This document shows, one piece after another, positions 45,715 to 55,400 of a stretch of 64,000 bases of DNA. The DNA is from Bdellovibrionales bacterium (GTDB lineage Bacteria > Bdellovibrionota > Bdellovibrionia > Bdellovibrionales > UBA1609): NCBI GenBank assembly GCA_050249195.1, contig JBFWQY010000013.1, positions 24,293-88,292 of the forward strand. The letters are read 5' to 3'. The notes under the pieces were generated by a model that was given only the letters and a program-made list of their open reading frames with translations, did not search any database and had not been told where the DNA came from. Position 1 is the first letter of the stretch. Each line of letters opens with the position of its first letter. A program made the position numbers and the translations under genes.

Positions 45715-46146
45715 TTAAGACGGAGGGTGTGCTCCGTTTGATTTCTGTGCCATCAAAAATTCAATGATTTGTTTTTCGGTGTTTTCAAGTGCGCCTTGGA
45801 GTTTGATTGTTTCTTGGGAGAGATCGTTCAACTCCTTCATAATCCCGACGTAGATAGCCTTCATAGACCGCTGCTTTTCAATGTAGCTTTGTCTTGAAGA
45901 CTCGCGCATTTTCATGAGCTGCAGGAGAACCGGATCGGTGATCTTGTTCTCAGAAAAACTTTTGACTAGATGACTTAAGAGATTCTTTTCGTCATTGGTA
46001 AGATGGGATTTGTGGGGCCGCTCTTCTGAGAGGTTCTTGACCTCTTTTTCAACTTCGTCGACCTCGGATTCAGTTGGAACGCCATCCATCTTTGCTGCTT
46101 TCACTTCATCCATCGTGCGGTCGAATTTTTCCTTCGAAGTTTCCAA
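45715..46146 (-). CDS. Phage coiled-coil protein (143 aa), TTG start
   Basis: AAGGAG RBS 6 nt upstream of the TTG. Palindrome copy 3 lies 17 nt upstream. Confidence 0.5.
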   Translation of the reverse strand: METSKEKFDRTMDEVKAAKMDGVPTESEVDEVEKEVKNLSEERPHKSHLTNDEKNLLSHLVKSFSENKITDPVLLQLMKMRESSRQSYIEKQRSMKAIYVGIMKELNDLSQETIKLQGALENTEKQIIEFLMAQKSNGAHPPS

Positions 46147-46163
46147 TGCGATCTCCTTATTTA

Positions 46164-46180
46164 GTGATACATTGTATCAC
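46164..46180 (-). promoter_or_regulatory. 17-bp near-palindrome, copy 3, with an upstream TTGACT -35 (strong sigma70-like promoter)
   Basis: Minus strand reads TTGACT-N16-TACAAT with a TG extension: ...TTTGACTGATTTTCATTATGTGATACAATGTATCAC. Confidence 0.65.
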
Positions 46181-46190
46181 ATAATGAAAA

Positions 46191-46376
46191 TCAGTCAAAG
46201 CTCTTTTCGATCTGGGAAAGAGAGAGGTAGTGAGTCCCGTGCTGAGTGCTCACATAGACAAATTCTCCATCGATCTTTTTGATTACCCCAGGCTCCTGAT
46301 TTAAATTCACAACTTCTTTGTTCTTGTTGAGAATCGGAGCCGTAACCTTCACCTGATCGTTAACGCTTAGTTCCAT
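46191..46376 (-). CDS. Phage hypothetical protein (61 aa)
   Basis: ORF in the operon. Confidence 0.4.
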   Translation of the reverse strand: MELSVNDQVKVTAPILNKNKEVVNLNQEPGVIKKIDGEFVYVSTQHGTHYLSLSQIEKSFD

Positions 46377-46787
46377 CTAGAAATCCATATCCAGCACAAC
46401 AACCGTTGCACTTCCTACGAGGCCCCCAACCAGTCCGGCGATGACGTAGGACTTCGACTGCTCTCCAGCCACAGCTCCTAACGCCGAACCGATAAGAACT
46501 CCTGCGGGCACCTTCACCCACCATTCTTGCCAAATGGCTTTGTGCTGAACCTTTGAATCCAAGAGTGTCGTGTTGAGTTCCTTTTGGTTTTTGAGATCGA
46601 TGCGGTCGGCCTCGCACTGCTCAACGCCTTTTCTTAAATCAGACATCTTCTTGGCATTGAAGCACCAGGCTTCGACTTGAGATGCCTCTCCCGGCTTAAG
46701 CTGAAAATACGATTTAGGAGTCTCCGCCGCTTTTGTTGATAAACTCGTCAACAACATCAGCATCGGAAGTATTCTTATTTTTCTCAT
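46377..46787 (-). CDS. Secreted/membrane protein (136 aa): signal peptide plus C-terminal glycine-zipper TM
   Basis: MRKIRILPMLMLLTSLSTKAAE...VLIGSALGAVAGEQSKSYVIAGLVGGLVGSA. The start lies inside the 3' end of the upstream gene (74-nt overlap, different frame). Confidence 0.45.
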   Translation of the reverse strand: MRKIRILPMLMLLTSLSTKAAETPKSYFQLKPGEASQVEAWCFNAKKMSDLRKGVEQCEADRIDLKNQKELNTTLLDSKVQHKAIWQEWWVKVPAGVLIGSALGAVAGEQSKSYVIAGLVGGLVGSATVVVLDMDF

Positions 46788-46959
46788 ATAGCTCCTTCTT
46801 CTCAGCTTCAGTTTTCAGTTCTGTCTTGAGCGCCCGATTTTCATTCTCTTTCTTCTGAATGACGCCCTTCAAATGGTGATAAACAGCAAGGGCAATGGTT
46901 GGAATATTGTCCTTAAAGAACCTGTAAACGATGTCGAAAACCGATTTAAGCCAAGCCAT
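46714..46959 (-). CDS. Small membrane/coiled-coil protein (81 aa)
   Basis: Hydrophobic segment IPTIALAVYHHL followed by a charged helix. Confidence 0.4.
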   Translation of the reverse strand: MAWLKSVFDIVYRFFKDNIPTIALAVYHHLKGVIQKKENENRALKTELKTEAEKKELYEKNKNTSDADVVDEFINKSGGDS

Positions 46960-47214
46960 TTATTTCGGGGGTGTTTCGGTTGGTTTCGGAGACTCATTTG
47001 TTTTGTGTTGAGCGTTCCCTTGGAGCCAATCAATAATTTTGGCAACGAAATCAGAAGCTGATCCCAGTTTCTGAGCCAGCTCATCATCCCAAGTGGCTTT
47101 TGTTTTTGTTGAGACCCAACGGAAGAGCTGGGCGAGCCCACCAAGCGCCACGTTGACAGCCAGGAAGAGGGCAATCAAATCCCATTTTTCAAGAATCTGC
47201 TTGATAATTTCCAT
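46960..47214 (-). CDS. Small single-TM protein (84 aa), holin candidate
   Basis: TM segment WDLIALFLAVNVALGGLAQLF. First gene after palindrome copy 4. AAGGAG RBS. Confidence 0.4.
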   Translation of the reverse strand: MEIIKQILEKWDLIALFLAVNVALGGLAQLFRWVSTKTKATWDDELAQKLGSASDFVAKIIDWLQGNAQHKTNESPKPTETPPK

Positions 47215-47231
47215 CTCGATCTCCTTTTATC

Positions 47232-47248
47232 GTGTTACATTGTATCAC
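47232..47248 (-). promoter_or_regulatory. 17-bp near-palindrome, copy 4 (minus strand GTGATACAATGTAACAC)
   Basis: Lies 17 nt upstream of the 47214 start. String cross-checked via the overlapping ORF translation (RVTLYH). Confidence 0.6.
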
Positions 47249-47324
47249 GTTTCGGCATACAAAATAAAACATTTAATTTTGATCTGGGCTCCATTCAGTT
47301 GATTTGTGCGTCAAGCCATTGGTC

Positions 47325-47891
47325 TTAAGTGGACTCACTGCCGGAGCCTCCCTTTGATCCTTGTTTCTTTTCCGAAATAATGACCAAATTTTCGCTTATC
47401 CGTTTGATCTCAGATTTCATGTTCAGGATCTCTTCGCGGTGTTGATGCATGGCTTTCGCTCCGAGGCTTAGGCTATTGTGATGGGCCTCAACGGTTTTCT
47501 GCACTTCAGAGACATGAGTGCAGAGATTCTTTACTTGGGAGGCAGTTTCATCGAACTGGGTTTTTAACTGTTCGGCTTTGCTGTTGACCTGCTCAAATGC
47601 GCCCTCGATTTGAATGGCCTTTTTATGGATTTGAAAAAGCTCGTGGTTCACTTTTCCTTCAAACCCAACCATTGCCTTTTTTATTTCGAGAGAATCCTTC
47701 TTAATTTCTGATGCTGTAGTTTCCATTTTCTCAGCCGATGTCTTTACGTCCTTCGCATGTTCATCGAGCTTTTCATTTACAGAATCCTTGAATTGGTCGT
47801 GACGATTTACAAAGCGAACTAAGAACCACAGCGCGAGAGCCGTGGCAGCAGGTGCAATCCAATAGGAAAAAGAGACGAAAAACTCTTTCAT
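47325..47891 (-). CDS. Membrane-anchored coiled-coil protein (188 aa)
   Basis: N-terminal TM (YWIAPAATALALWFLV) followed by a long heptad-like region. Confidence 0.5.
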   Translation of the reverse strand: MKEFFVSFSYWIAPAATALALWFLVRFVNRHDQFKDSVNEKLDEHAKDVKTSAEKMETTASEIKKDSLEIKKAMVGFEGKVNHELFQIHKKAIQIEGAFEQVNSKAEQLKTQFDETASQVKNLCTHVSEVQKTVEAHHNSLSLGAKAMHQHREEILNMKSEIKRISENLVIISEKKQGSKGGSGSEST

Positions 47892-48115
47892 GTGTCTGCT
47901 TTGAACTGCTCCAATAAATCTTCAGCAGGAGCTAAGTCTCCCGGTTCGGTTTCAAAGCGAAACTCGCAGTAAGGGGCATCTTCTGTGGCATAGGCAGGAG
48001 GAATATAGTCAAAGACCTCCAGGAAATTTTCTCCGTAAGCTGCCTTGAGTTGCGCATGAAGCTCCGACATTGTTTCAAACTTCAGATTCACGTTATCAAA
48101 ACGCTTTGCCCACAT
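47888..48115 (-). CDS. Small acidic phage protein (75 aa)
   Basis: ORF with a 4-nt overlap with the downstream gene. Confidence 0.45.
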   Translation of the reverse strand: MWAKRFDNVNLKFETMSELHAQLKAAYGENFLEVFDYIPPAYATEDAPYCEFRFETEPGDLAPAEDLLEQFKADT

Positions 48116-48125
48116 ATTCCCTCCC

Positions 48126-48668
48126 TTAGAAAATTGAAAAGGCCATAATTCTCACTTTTTCGATTCTTAGTGTAAGGCCGCTTGCCCCGCCGTTGATGCG
48201 GAACCCGTACTGCCTACGACCTGTCAAATCGCCGTCCTCATAATCGATAGTCCAAAGGGAGCTTGGCGGGAGCATGTTACGACCGAACGGACCTGTTTGT
48301 GTCCCCGGTTGCCAGGTTGCGCTCGTGAGATCGTTCGTTGGTGTGCTGCCGTTCGTGCCTTTAGTAAGGCGAAGTTCGTAAAATCCCTGGCCCGTAGAGT
48401 TTGCATCCCCTCCAATACCTCTCAATTGTGTGTCGGCCTTATCCACAACCAAACCCACAAAGACAGGCCGTCCATTCTCTCCGGCAAAATCAATGAATTG
48501 AACGGGTGATAGTAACGCTCCAGTGGTCGTTTGTGTTCCAAGCCCCTGGCTGAGTAAAATGCTGGTGCCCCCTCCTACAGAAATACTTGAGGTTCCGATG
48601 ACGGTAGTTCTCTTTTTCAAGAAGGTTGAATTTATCTCTTTGAGAAGTGCAGAATCGAAAATTCCCAT
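48126..48668 (-). CDS. Tail-fibre-associated protein (180 aa)
   Basis: G/T/S-rich. Immediately follows receptor-binding paralog B, overlapping it by 1 nt. Confidence 0.45.
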   Translation of the reverse strand: MGIFDSALLKEINSTFLKKRTTVIGTSSISVGGGTSILLSQGLGTQTTTGALLSPVQFIDFAGENGRPVFVGLVVDKADTQLRGIGGDANSTGQGFYELRLTKGTNGSTPTNDLTSATWQPGTQTGPFGRNMLPPSSLWTIDYEDGDLTGRRQYGFRINGGASGLTLRIEKVRIMAFSIF

Positions 48669-49600
48669 TAAGCCTCCGTCACGATCCGAATGTTGTTGTC
48701 TATGCCGTTATCCTCAATGACTTGAGAGGGCGCTATCCAACAATCCGCAAGTTGAATTTGATTTGCGTTGAAAGTGAGTTTTCTGTTGAAGCGTAGTCCT
48801 CGAACGATAGATCGCTCTGAACCTGCTTGAAAGTTCAGGATACCTTCAATTTGTGAGGCATAACCGGATCCTTCGATTCGAAGTCTTTTGGAAATATTCA
48901 CGCCAGTAGTAGTGCCGACAATTTTAAAAGCTGCCCACTCATCAAAGGTCGTTGCGAAAAAGCCAGCACCTTCGACATCGTCGAATAAGTATCCTTGTGT
49001 CTGGATTGGGCGAGCTGTGAAGAATGTCATTTGAGCGCCGCCAGTATCGAACACATTTTGCTTGGTAGAGAAAGCGTAAGTCGTAGATGGAGTGAGAACA
49101 AAAGGTGAAGGGAGATTGAAGTTCGTAAATGTATTGTAGTTCAGGGGATTAGGAAGTGCGCTGAAAAGAACTGCATTGGCTGAAGCAATAAAGCCTCCAA
49201 TGCCGCCGACAGGAATTCCTCCAGATGTATTCCAGAGATCGACGACGATACCTGGAGTTCCTGTTATCGTTCCACTATTACGACCCACATTCAGCTGGAG
49301 ATGAGTCATGGTTGTTGGAAATGTCGGAGTCGTAAAAATATCTCCCCGACGCTCTCCCTGGTTATTAAATAGTACATTGGATCCAGTTTGTGGCCGGAGT
49401 TTCTGGGCAATATTGAACGAGATCACTTGGGCAGGCGTGAACGTATTTGCCAATATCAACATAGATTGTCCGTTGGACAATGAATCATGCGCCACTTGAA
49501 GATCGGAGTGCGTCGCTAGTCCTGCAGATACTTGCGCGGGCGAACCCACCACAGCATCAAATTTTAAACTTTTGAAATCAGATTTCGGTAGTTTCGGCAT
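48668..49600 (-). CDS. Tail fibre / receptor-binding protein, paralog B (310 aa)
   Basis: Start refined to MPKLPKSDF at 49600, which has an AAGGTG RBS. Shares N- and C-terminal motifs with 51468-52487 and with the C-terminus of the 1942-aa fibre. Confidence 0.6.
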   Translation of the reverse strand: MPKLPKSDFKSLKFDAVVGSPAQVSAGLATHSDLQVAHDSLSNGQSMLILANTFTPAQVISFNIAQKLRPQTGSNVLFNNQGERRGDIFTTPTFPTTMTHLQLNVGRNSGTITGTPGIVVDLWNTSGGIPVGGIGGFIASANAVLFSALPNPLNYNTFTNFNLPSPFVLTPSTTYAFSTKQNVFDTGGAQMTFFTARPIQTQGYLFDDVEGAGFFATTFDEWAAFKIVGTTTGVNISKRLRIEGSGYASQIEGILNFQAGSERSIVRGLRFNRKLTFNANQIQLADCWIAPSQVIEDNGIDNNIRIVTEA

Positions 49601-49602
49601 TG

Positions 49603-50505
49603 TCACCTTACCTTCGCCATAAGAATGGGGTCGAAAACCGTATTGAGGTTTAAAGACCAGTTCATTTGTCCTGACGAGAGTGTGATAGTCGAGTTGCTCG
49701 CAATCGCTGTGACGGTTGTCGAATCGCACCACACCTCTCCATATCCGGCGTTCGCAGCGGCACCGGCATTTCCGGTTCCAAACGTCACAGTTCCTGTGGT
49801 GGCAAAGCTACCGTCATAGAACCTGGCTGTGCCAGCCGCGAGAACAGAACTTCCGCCTGATGGTGCATGCGTAAGCGTCCACCCATATCTGGCTCCGTTA
49901 AAAGGTAGATTTCGACCTGAACCGCCGCTCATTCCATATACTGGATTGATCGTTGAGCCAAATGAGGTGACTGGTCCCGATGATCCATCATACCGGATCC
50001 CTGTCATATTACCGTTCGTTGGGTTCCAGAAATTTAAGATTGGTCCCACTTTCCCAAATCGAGCAATGTCATTCTGCCCGGAAGATAAATCTGCTCCGTT
50101 CTTAAAGACTCCTAGATATCGCCATTTAGTGAATCCAGCCGGGCCAGGCTGAGTGATTGGATCGCGTGTAGTCGCCTTCAAAATGTAAGCGGTTCCGACC
50201 CCCGGCACTGCATATAGGGCGTACCATTGGTTTGGGGCTTCTGCTCCTGTATCGAGCCCATTTGAACCCGTGCCGTTTGCAAAATCGAAAACGAGATCTC
50301 CCGATTGATAAATCGTGGCGTCAGCGATTAATCCACTTGTTCCGATAGCGATCTTCGATCCAGGCATGAGAACTTGTGATGCCGATTGATATTTATAGTC
50401 GGCAACCTGTTCTCCCAATACTCCAAGAAGAGCAGAGAAATTCCCCGTAAGGGTGGCGAGATTTGTTGCAACTGTTGGATCAACTAAATTGGTCTTTACT
50501 CCCAT
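49603..50505 (-). CDS. Tail fibre-like protein (300 aa)
   Basis: G/S/T/N-rich, beta-rich sequence located in the fibre cluster. Confidence 0.5.
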   Translation of the reverse strand: MGVKTNLVDPTVATNLATLTGNFSALLGVLGEQVADYKYQSASQVLMPGSKIAIGTSGLIADATIYQSGDLVFDFANGTGSNGLDTGAEAPNQWYALYAVPGVGTAYILKATTRDPITQPGPAGFTKWRYLGVFKNGADLSSGQNDIARFGKVGPILNFWNPTNGNMTGIRYDGSSGPVTSFGSTINPVYGMSGGSGRNLPFNGARYGWTLTHAPSGGSSVLAAGTARFYDGSFATTGTVTFGTGNAGAAANAGYGEVWCDSTTVTAIASNSTITLSSGQMNWSLNLNTVFDPILMAKVR

Positions 50506-50517
50506 AAATATCTTTCC

Positions 50518-50949
50518 TTAAGTGTTTCCAAAGTCTTCAACCAATTGATCGATGTCTGCTTCCGATAGTGGCGCTCCAATAACGATCTTTCTTTGTTCTG
50601 TAGTTAGCTGATCCCAAACTGAGTTAGCTGCCGCCGATTTTGCATTCTCGATTGCAAGAGGTCTGGCTGTTGCGAGATCAATTTTTTCTTGCTGATCTTC
50701 TTGGTCTATTGAACTCCAGATTGATTCAAACAAAGTATCCTCTTCGGAAGACAGTTCGTCCCTGAAACAAAACCTGATCTCTCCTTCATTGTCCGATTTG
50801 ATCCAGCACCAATAGAGTGGAAGTGACTCAGCGCCTGAACCATGATTGAAGGCAACCAGCCTACTGAAATTTGTTGCAAGCTCCTTGTCTAAATCAGTAA
50901 GCGATAGGGGAAACGGGATTATCTTCTGTTTGATAAATGGCATATCCAT
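50518..50949 (-). CDS. Acidic protein (143 aa), tail-fibre assembly chaperone candidate
   Basis: Start refined to MDMPFIKQK at 50949, which has a GGGAGGAG RBS. The chaperone call is based on position only. Confidence 0.4.
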   Translation of the reverse strand: MDMPFIKQKIIPFPLSLTDLDKELATNFSRLVAFNHGSGAESLPLYWCWIKSDNEGEIRFCFRDELSSEEDTLFESIWSSIDQEDQQEKIDLATARPLAIENAKSAAANSVWDQLTTEQRKIVIGAPLSEADIDQLVEDFGNT

Positions 50950-50950
50950 T

Positions 50951-51466
50951 TTAGAACTCCTCCCAAACAATGAATGTGCAAGCCTCAAGACTTATCCCGC
51001 CTCCGGCTCCAGGCCCTCTGAACATGAGAGTGAAAGTGTGCGAGCCAGCTGGAACTGTTTTCTTAATGAACAAGCCGGGAGTACCAAGACGCATCTGAAT
51101 AGTTCCAGATCCGATCTGGGTTAGGTTGTATTCTGATAGAGAAGGAACGTCCGTTTCATATCTGAGACCCAGCCCCCATGTCATTGCAGAAACCGAAGAC
51201 ATATTTGCTTGAACGTAAGCAAAGCTATTCGGTGATCCTAAGAATCCTGCATTGATAATCCCACCACGAGTAACCAAATCTATCGCTGAGTTTGGGACAT
51301 CAATGAAGGAAGTCGCATTTGTAGATTGACCGCCGACAAAACGACTTCCTACCTGGCCGATTTGCAATCCCGTTTGTCCAGCGGCAGGTCGAGACTTCTG
51401 ACGGATGATGCCGTTTACTATTTCAAGAGTGAAATTGTCTGGGCGTGTGCCTACTGTCGTGAACAT
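50951..51466 (-). CDS. Tail-fibre-associated protein (171 aa)
   Basis: Start refined to MFTTVGTRP at 51466, which has a GGAGGAAAG RBS. Follows receptor-binding paralog A. Confidence 0.45.
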   Translation of the reverse strand: MFTTVGTRPDNFTLEIVNGIIRQKSRPAAGQTGLQIGQVGSRFVGGQSTNATSFIDVPNSAIDLVTRGGIINAGFLGSPNSFAYVQANMSSVSAMTWGLGLRYETDVPSLSEYNLTQIGSGTIQMRLGTPGLFIKKTVPAGSHTFTLMFRGPGAGGGISLEACTFIVWEEF

Positions 51467-51467
51467 A

Positions 51468-52487
51468 TTAGCTTTCCTCCGCGACAATGGCAGCAGTATC
51501 AATTCCCTGATCAATTGGGCTTAAGCCGCTCGCATGCCATCCGGTTAAGAAGTTTTGGTTGCCGACAATATAGACCTGCCCGCCATACCGGAGGTTTTCG
51601 AGTCGTGATCGATTTCCACCTAATGTGATCGCCGTATTAAATTTAGAATCAAATCCAAGGCCGACCCAATTGAATCTCTTTGTGAAGACATAGCCTCCGA
51701 CAGTCGAAGTATTGAGATTGTAGTTTGTGAATTCTAAATTCCCTCCAGAGGTCCAAGAGAATCCATTGTTGACGCTGTTTACAGTTCCAATGCCAGGGAT
51801 AAGAGTTGCTGGTGTTCTTCTTCCGACGATGACATTGCCGCCTCCAAAATTTAAAACGAAGTCAAAAGCAAATGCATAAGTTCGATTTGGATATAAAATC
51901 GTGGGTGGAAAAGTGAAGGTGTGTCTTATCCCTGTTGCCACAGGAAGCTGTGCTGGCAAAAATGAGTTTGAATCAGCAAGTTTTACTGTAGGAAGGTTGG
52001 CTGATGTTTCCCAGAGAGTTAAAAGCGTTTGAGCGGTGGTGCTGACAATTCCATTATTTCGAATCTCAACGTCTATCGAGTTTAAAATGCGAATTTGGTT
52101 TGCATGAGAGGGAAAGAGCGTCCCGAAGAGATTACTATTTCCGTCAAGACCGGCGTCTGAGTTCGAAACCTCAGTTTTATTGAGAAATACTTCGGAACCA
52201 CCAGCGGGTCCTGTAAAAGTATTTCGCAAAACCAGAATAGACGATCCTTCAGGCAAGGTATCGTGTGCGACTTGTGGATTACTAAAATCCGCAGCACCAG
52301 AGGCCACATCAGCAACAGAGCCCAAGATCCCATCAAACTTAATGGACTTTCCTGCGGCTGCAACAAATTGGAGTAGTTCATCACTTAGATGACGCTCTTG
52401 AATGCTTTTATCAGGAATGACGTTGTCGACAGAAACTGTCTTTTGCCTTACAGAGCGTCCCTTTCCTAGATCATAGATTTCTCTCAT
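51468..52487 (-). CDS. Tail fibre / receptor-binding protein, paralog A (339 aa)
   Basis: SIKFDGILGSVADVASGAADFSNPQVAHDTLPEGSSILVLRNTFTG and the C-terminal WHASGLSPIDQGIDTAAIVAEES align by eye with paralog B. Confidence 0.6.
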   Translation of the reverse strand: MREIYDLGKGRSVRQKTVSVDNVIPDKSIQERHLSDELLQFVAAAGKSIKFDGILGSVADVASGAADFSNPQVAHDTLPEGSSILVLRNTFTGPAGGSEVFLNKTEVSNSDAGLDGNSNLFGTLFPSHANQIRILNSIDVEIRNNGIVSTTAQTLLTLWETSANLPTVKLADSNSFLPAQLPVATGIRHTFTFPPTILYPNRTYAFAFDFVLNFGGGNVIVGRRTPATLIPGIGTVNSVNNGFSWTSGGNLEFTNYNLNTSTVGGYVFTKRFNWVGLGFDSKFNTAITLGGNRSRLENLRYGGQVYIVGNQNFLTGWHASGLSPIDQGIDTAAIVAEES

Positions 52488-52497
52488 CCATTACCTC

Positions 52498-55400
52498 TTA
52501 GTCGTCCGTGAACGAATACTGATTATCCGTTCCATTGTTCGTGACCGTTGACGCAGCAGTGATCCAATTGTCAGTGGCCCGATTTTTATTCCCGTTGAAA
52601 ATTACGTTGCCCGTCACTTTTAGATTCTTGAAGAGGTTCGCATTGCCATTGATCGTGAGGGCTCCATTTAGGACTGAGCCATTTCCTTTGCCTTCAAGAA
52701 AAAGCTGACTCTTCGTCCAAACCACTGCTCCGACAACTGTCGTTGCGAGAAGAAAAATCTTTCCAGGAGTTGATAGGAAGTCATGAGCTTGCTGGATCGA
52801 ACTAAAATCAGCTTTGCCGTTAGCAACGTCGAGTGCTGATCCGACAATCACGTCAGCAAATGCAGCAATTCGTAAGGCGTTTTGATCTTTCGTGTCTAGA
52901 GTTCCCTGGCGTCTCAAAGCGTGAATACTGACCACAGAGGTTGTGAGGTCTTCAGAAAATCGAATTCTGTTCGTTCCCACTTCTCTGTAAAAGAGCGTTT
53001 TGGCAGGATCAAGCCCAGCGTAATATCGCGGTATCTCAAGACCTTCGACAATTACGGTAAGGTCTCCGTTAGGCTTCCCAAGATTCAAGTTGGGAACGAA
53101 TGAGAACCCTAATTCAACTTCGCTGACGTTTAAACTAAGTGGGACGTCAAAGACGGTCGAAATTCCTAAGATACCATTGGCATTTGAACTGTCGCTAATG
53201 ATGAACCCTGAGTCGATGTATCCGCCATTATTGAACCCTTCGAGTTCATAGATACTTGCTTTGTAATTCAAAAGATTTGCGGCAGTAGTGACAACGTCGC
53301 TCGTTGGACTACAGAAGAATACAAAAAAGCATCGCTCGTTGTTTGTAGAAGTGGGAAAGACGACTTTCGGCAGAGTGCCCGAAGCTACAGGTCGCTCCAC
53401 AGCTTGTGAAAATGTTGAAGAGAGGGGTTGATTCAGATCCGTCACAAGTCCTGAACTTGACCCGGCGACCGCAATCCGCGATGCCTGATCCAGATCAGGG
53501 AACATATCGTTTGCGGCGAGGCTATCCTCATAGCGCACAACCGCTTCCAGCAGATCTCTTGGACCAAAGATTTTTGAGAATGGTAGATTATCGAGGAGGC
53601 CCGTCGGATCGCCTAGATTGACAAGATCCTTAGTCCACACGGCTTGAGAGAACATGATCGGAGCAACCGTGAAGACTTGCGAGAAGGGCGTATCAATAAC
53701 GTAATCGGTAGGGCCTTGAATAATTGTGATCCGTCGAAATTCTGGTGCGGTAACTTGCTCAAACAGTTCATAGAAGAGAACGCTTGTGCTATCAGCTAAT
53801 GACCACACTGAACCGTCGTAAATGTATCTAGCCTGGCCAGAGCCTGAACTGTCTCGAAGAATTCGGATCACATTTCCTGAAACAAAACCGGAAATGTAAG
53901 TTGTGTCAGCTTCGAACACGAGAAATTTAAGACCGGAAAGCGACTGGTTTTGAACATTCAGACTAAAAGCCGTGACTCCAAGCCCAAATGAACTTGCAGG
54001 AATTGTCATGGACGCAATGACGTCGAGAGGGTTGGTCGAAGGAAGACCGCTTATTGAATGCACCAATTTTACGACAACATTGCCGACAGGGTTTCCGTCG
54101 CGGAATCCTTTGATGACAATCTTGTTGATCTTTTGCCCTGTAAAATTGAAGTCGCCAGCGATCCCTCTTTGTGTCGTATTGTTAAGATCGTCTCCGCCGT
54201 TTTGTACAGTTTGATTGACGGTCCTAACTACGCCTGGCCAATAAACGATGTCTCCAACCTGAAGAGTGAATGAAGGAACACCGCTGGGAGTGATCTTGTG
54301 ATCGCCAGGCACTCCGTCTGTGAGAGTAGATATACTTGGTGTAACCACATCTTGACCCGGCACTCTTGGAACCTCGGCGGGAAAATTTGCTGTATGTTTT
54401 ACAGTTCTAAAGAGCTGAAGGTCATCGTAAGATCCAGACATCGACTCGGTAGCATCGTGCTTAGACCCAAGTGACATTGTGCTGTTGAAGAATAGGAAGT
54501 TTTGATCGCTCGTAAGATTAACGGCGGCTGATCCGATTAAAAGTCCATTGACGAAAAAGCGTTGGACATTTGTGACGTAGTCATAATCGAATTCGATTTC
54601 ATAGGTCTGGCCATTCACTATTGTCGGGAAGTTACCGAAGTTCGTGTTGAAAATATTGTTGCTGGAGTCAACCGAGGTTACTTGAACAATACCAGTCGTC
54701 GCCAATAGTCTCAGCGTAATTTCAGATTGGTTTCCTGTATCCTTGGCTCCAAACCATGATTTGTTAGTTACAGGAAAACCGCTGAAATCAGGAATCCACT
54801 TGAATCGAATGGTTCCGATATCATCATTGAGCCCTTGACCGAAGTTGGCGTACTGAGCGCGGCCACCGCCTCCAGGAACATTAAGGCGGTTTGATGAGAT
54901 CGTCGCACCGCCAGTTAAGACTCTCGCGGGAGCGCCAGCAGCAAAGTCAGCATTCGTAGAGGCGTTAACAAAAGTGTCTCTGAAAGTTTCATCAACTGTA
55001 GAAAGAACCCGTGGAATTTCACCTGTAAAGTTAGCGGTGTGCTGTATGGTCTTAAAGATTTGCAAGTCATCAAACTGGAAGTTGCCAGAAAAGTTCCCGT
55101 TCCCATCAGAGCCAAGAACAAAGTTCGCACTTACCGTATAGCTGGCACTTCGAGAGATAGTGCCCGTGTGAGTGGATCCGACCTGCACACCATTGACAAA
55201 AAGTCTTTGAGCGCCTGAGACAAAGTCGTAACTGAACTCCACCTCGCATTCAACTCCAGGGGTAACGCTTGGAATACCGAAGTTCGAATTGATATTTGTA
55301 AAACCAACGCTGTCGAATGCTTGATAAGTGAGTGCCCCGGAAGGTTGGCGTTGTAATGTCAGAGCATTTTCTGCAGCAGGTTCTCTCGCCTCGAACAACA

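Noticed and set aside
49603-49732. A 130-nt overlap between the 300-aa fibre gene and the ORF-track start of the 354-aa gene, and similar long overlaps at 50951-50988 and 51468-51514.
   Set aside because: Internal ATGs with strong GGAGG-type RBSs lie 1-3 nt from the upstream stops (49600, 50949 and 51466). This removes the overlaps, so no recoding needs to be invoked.
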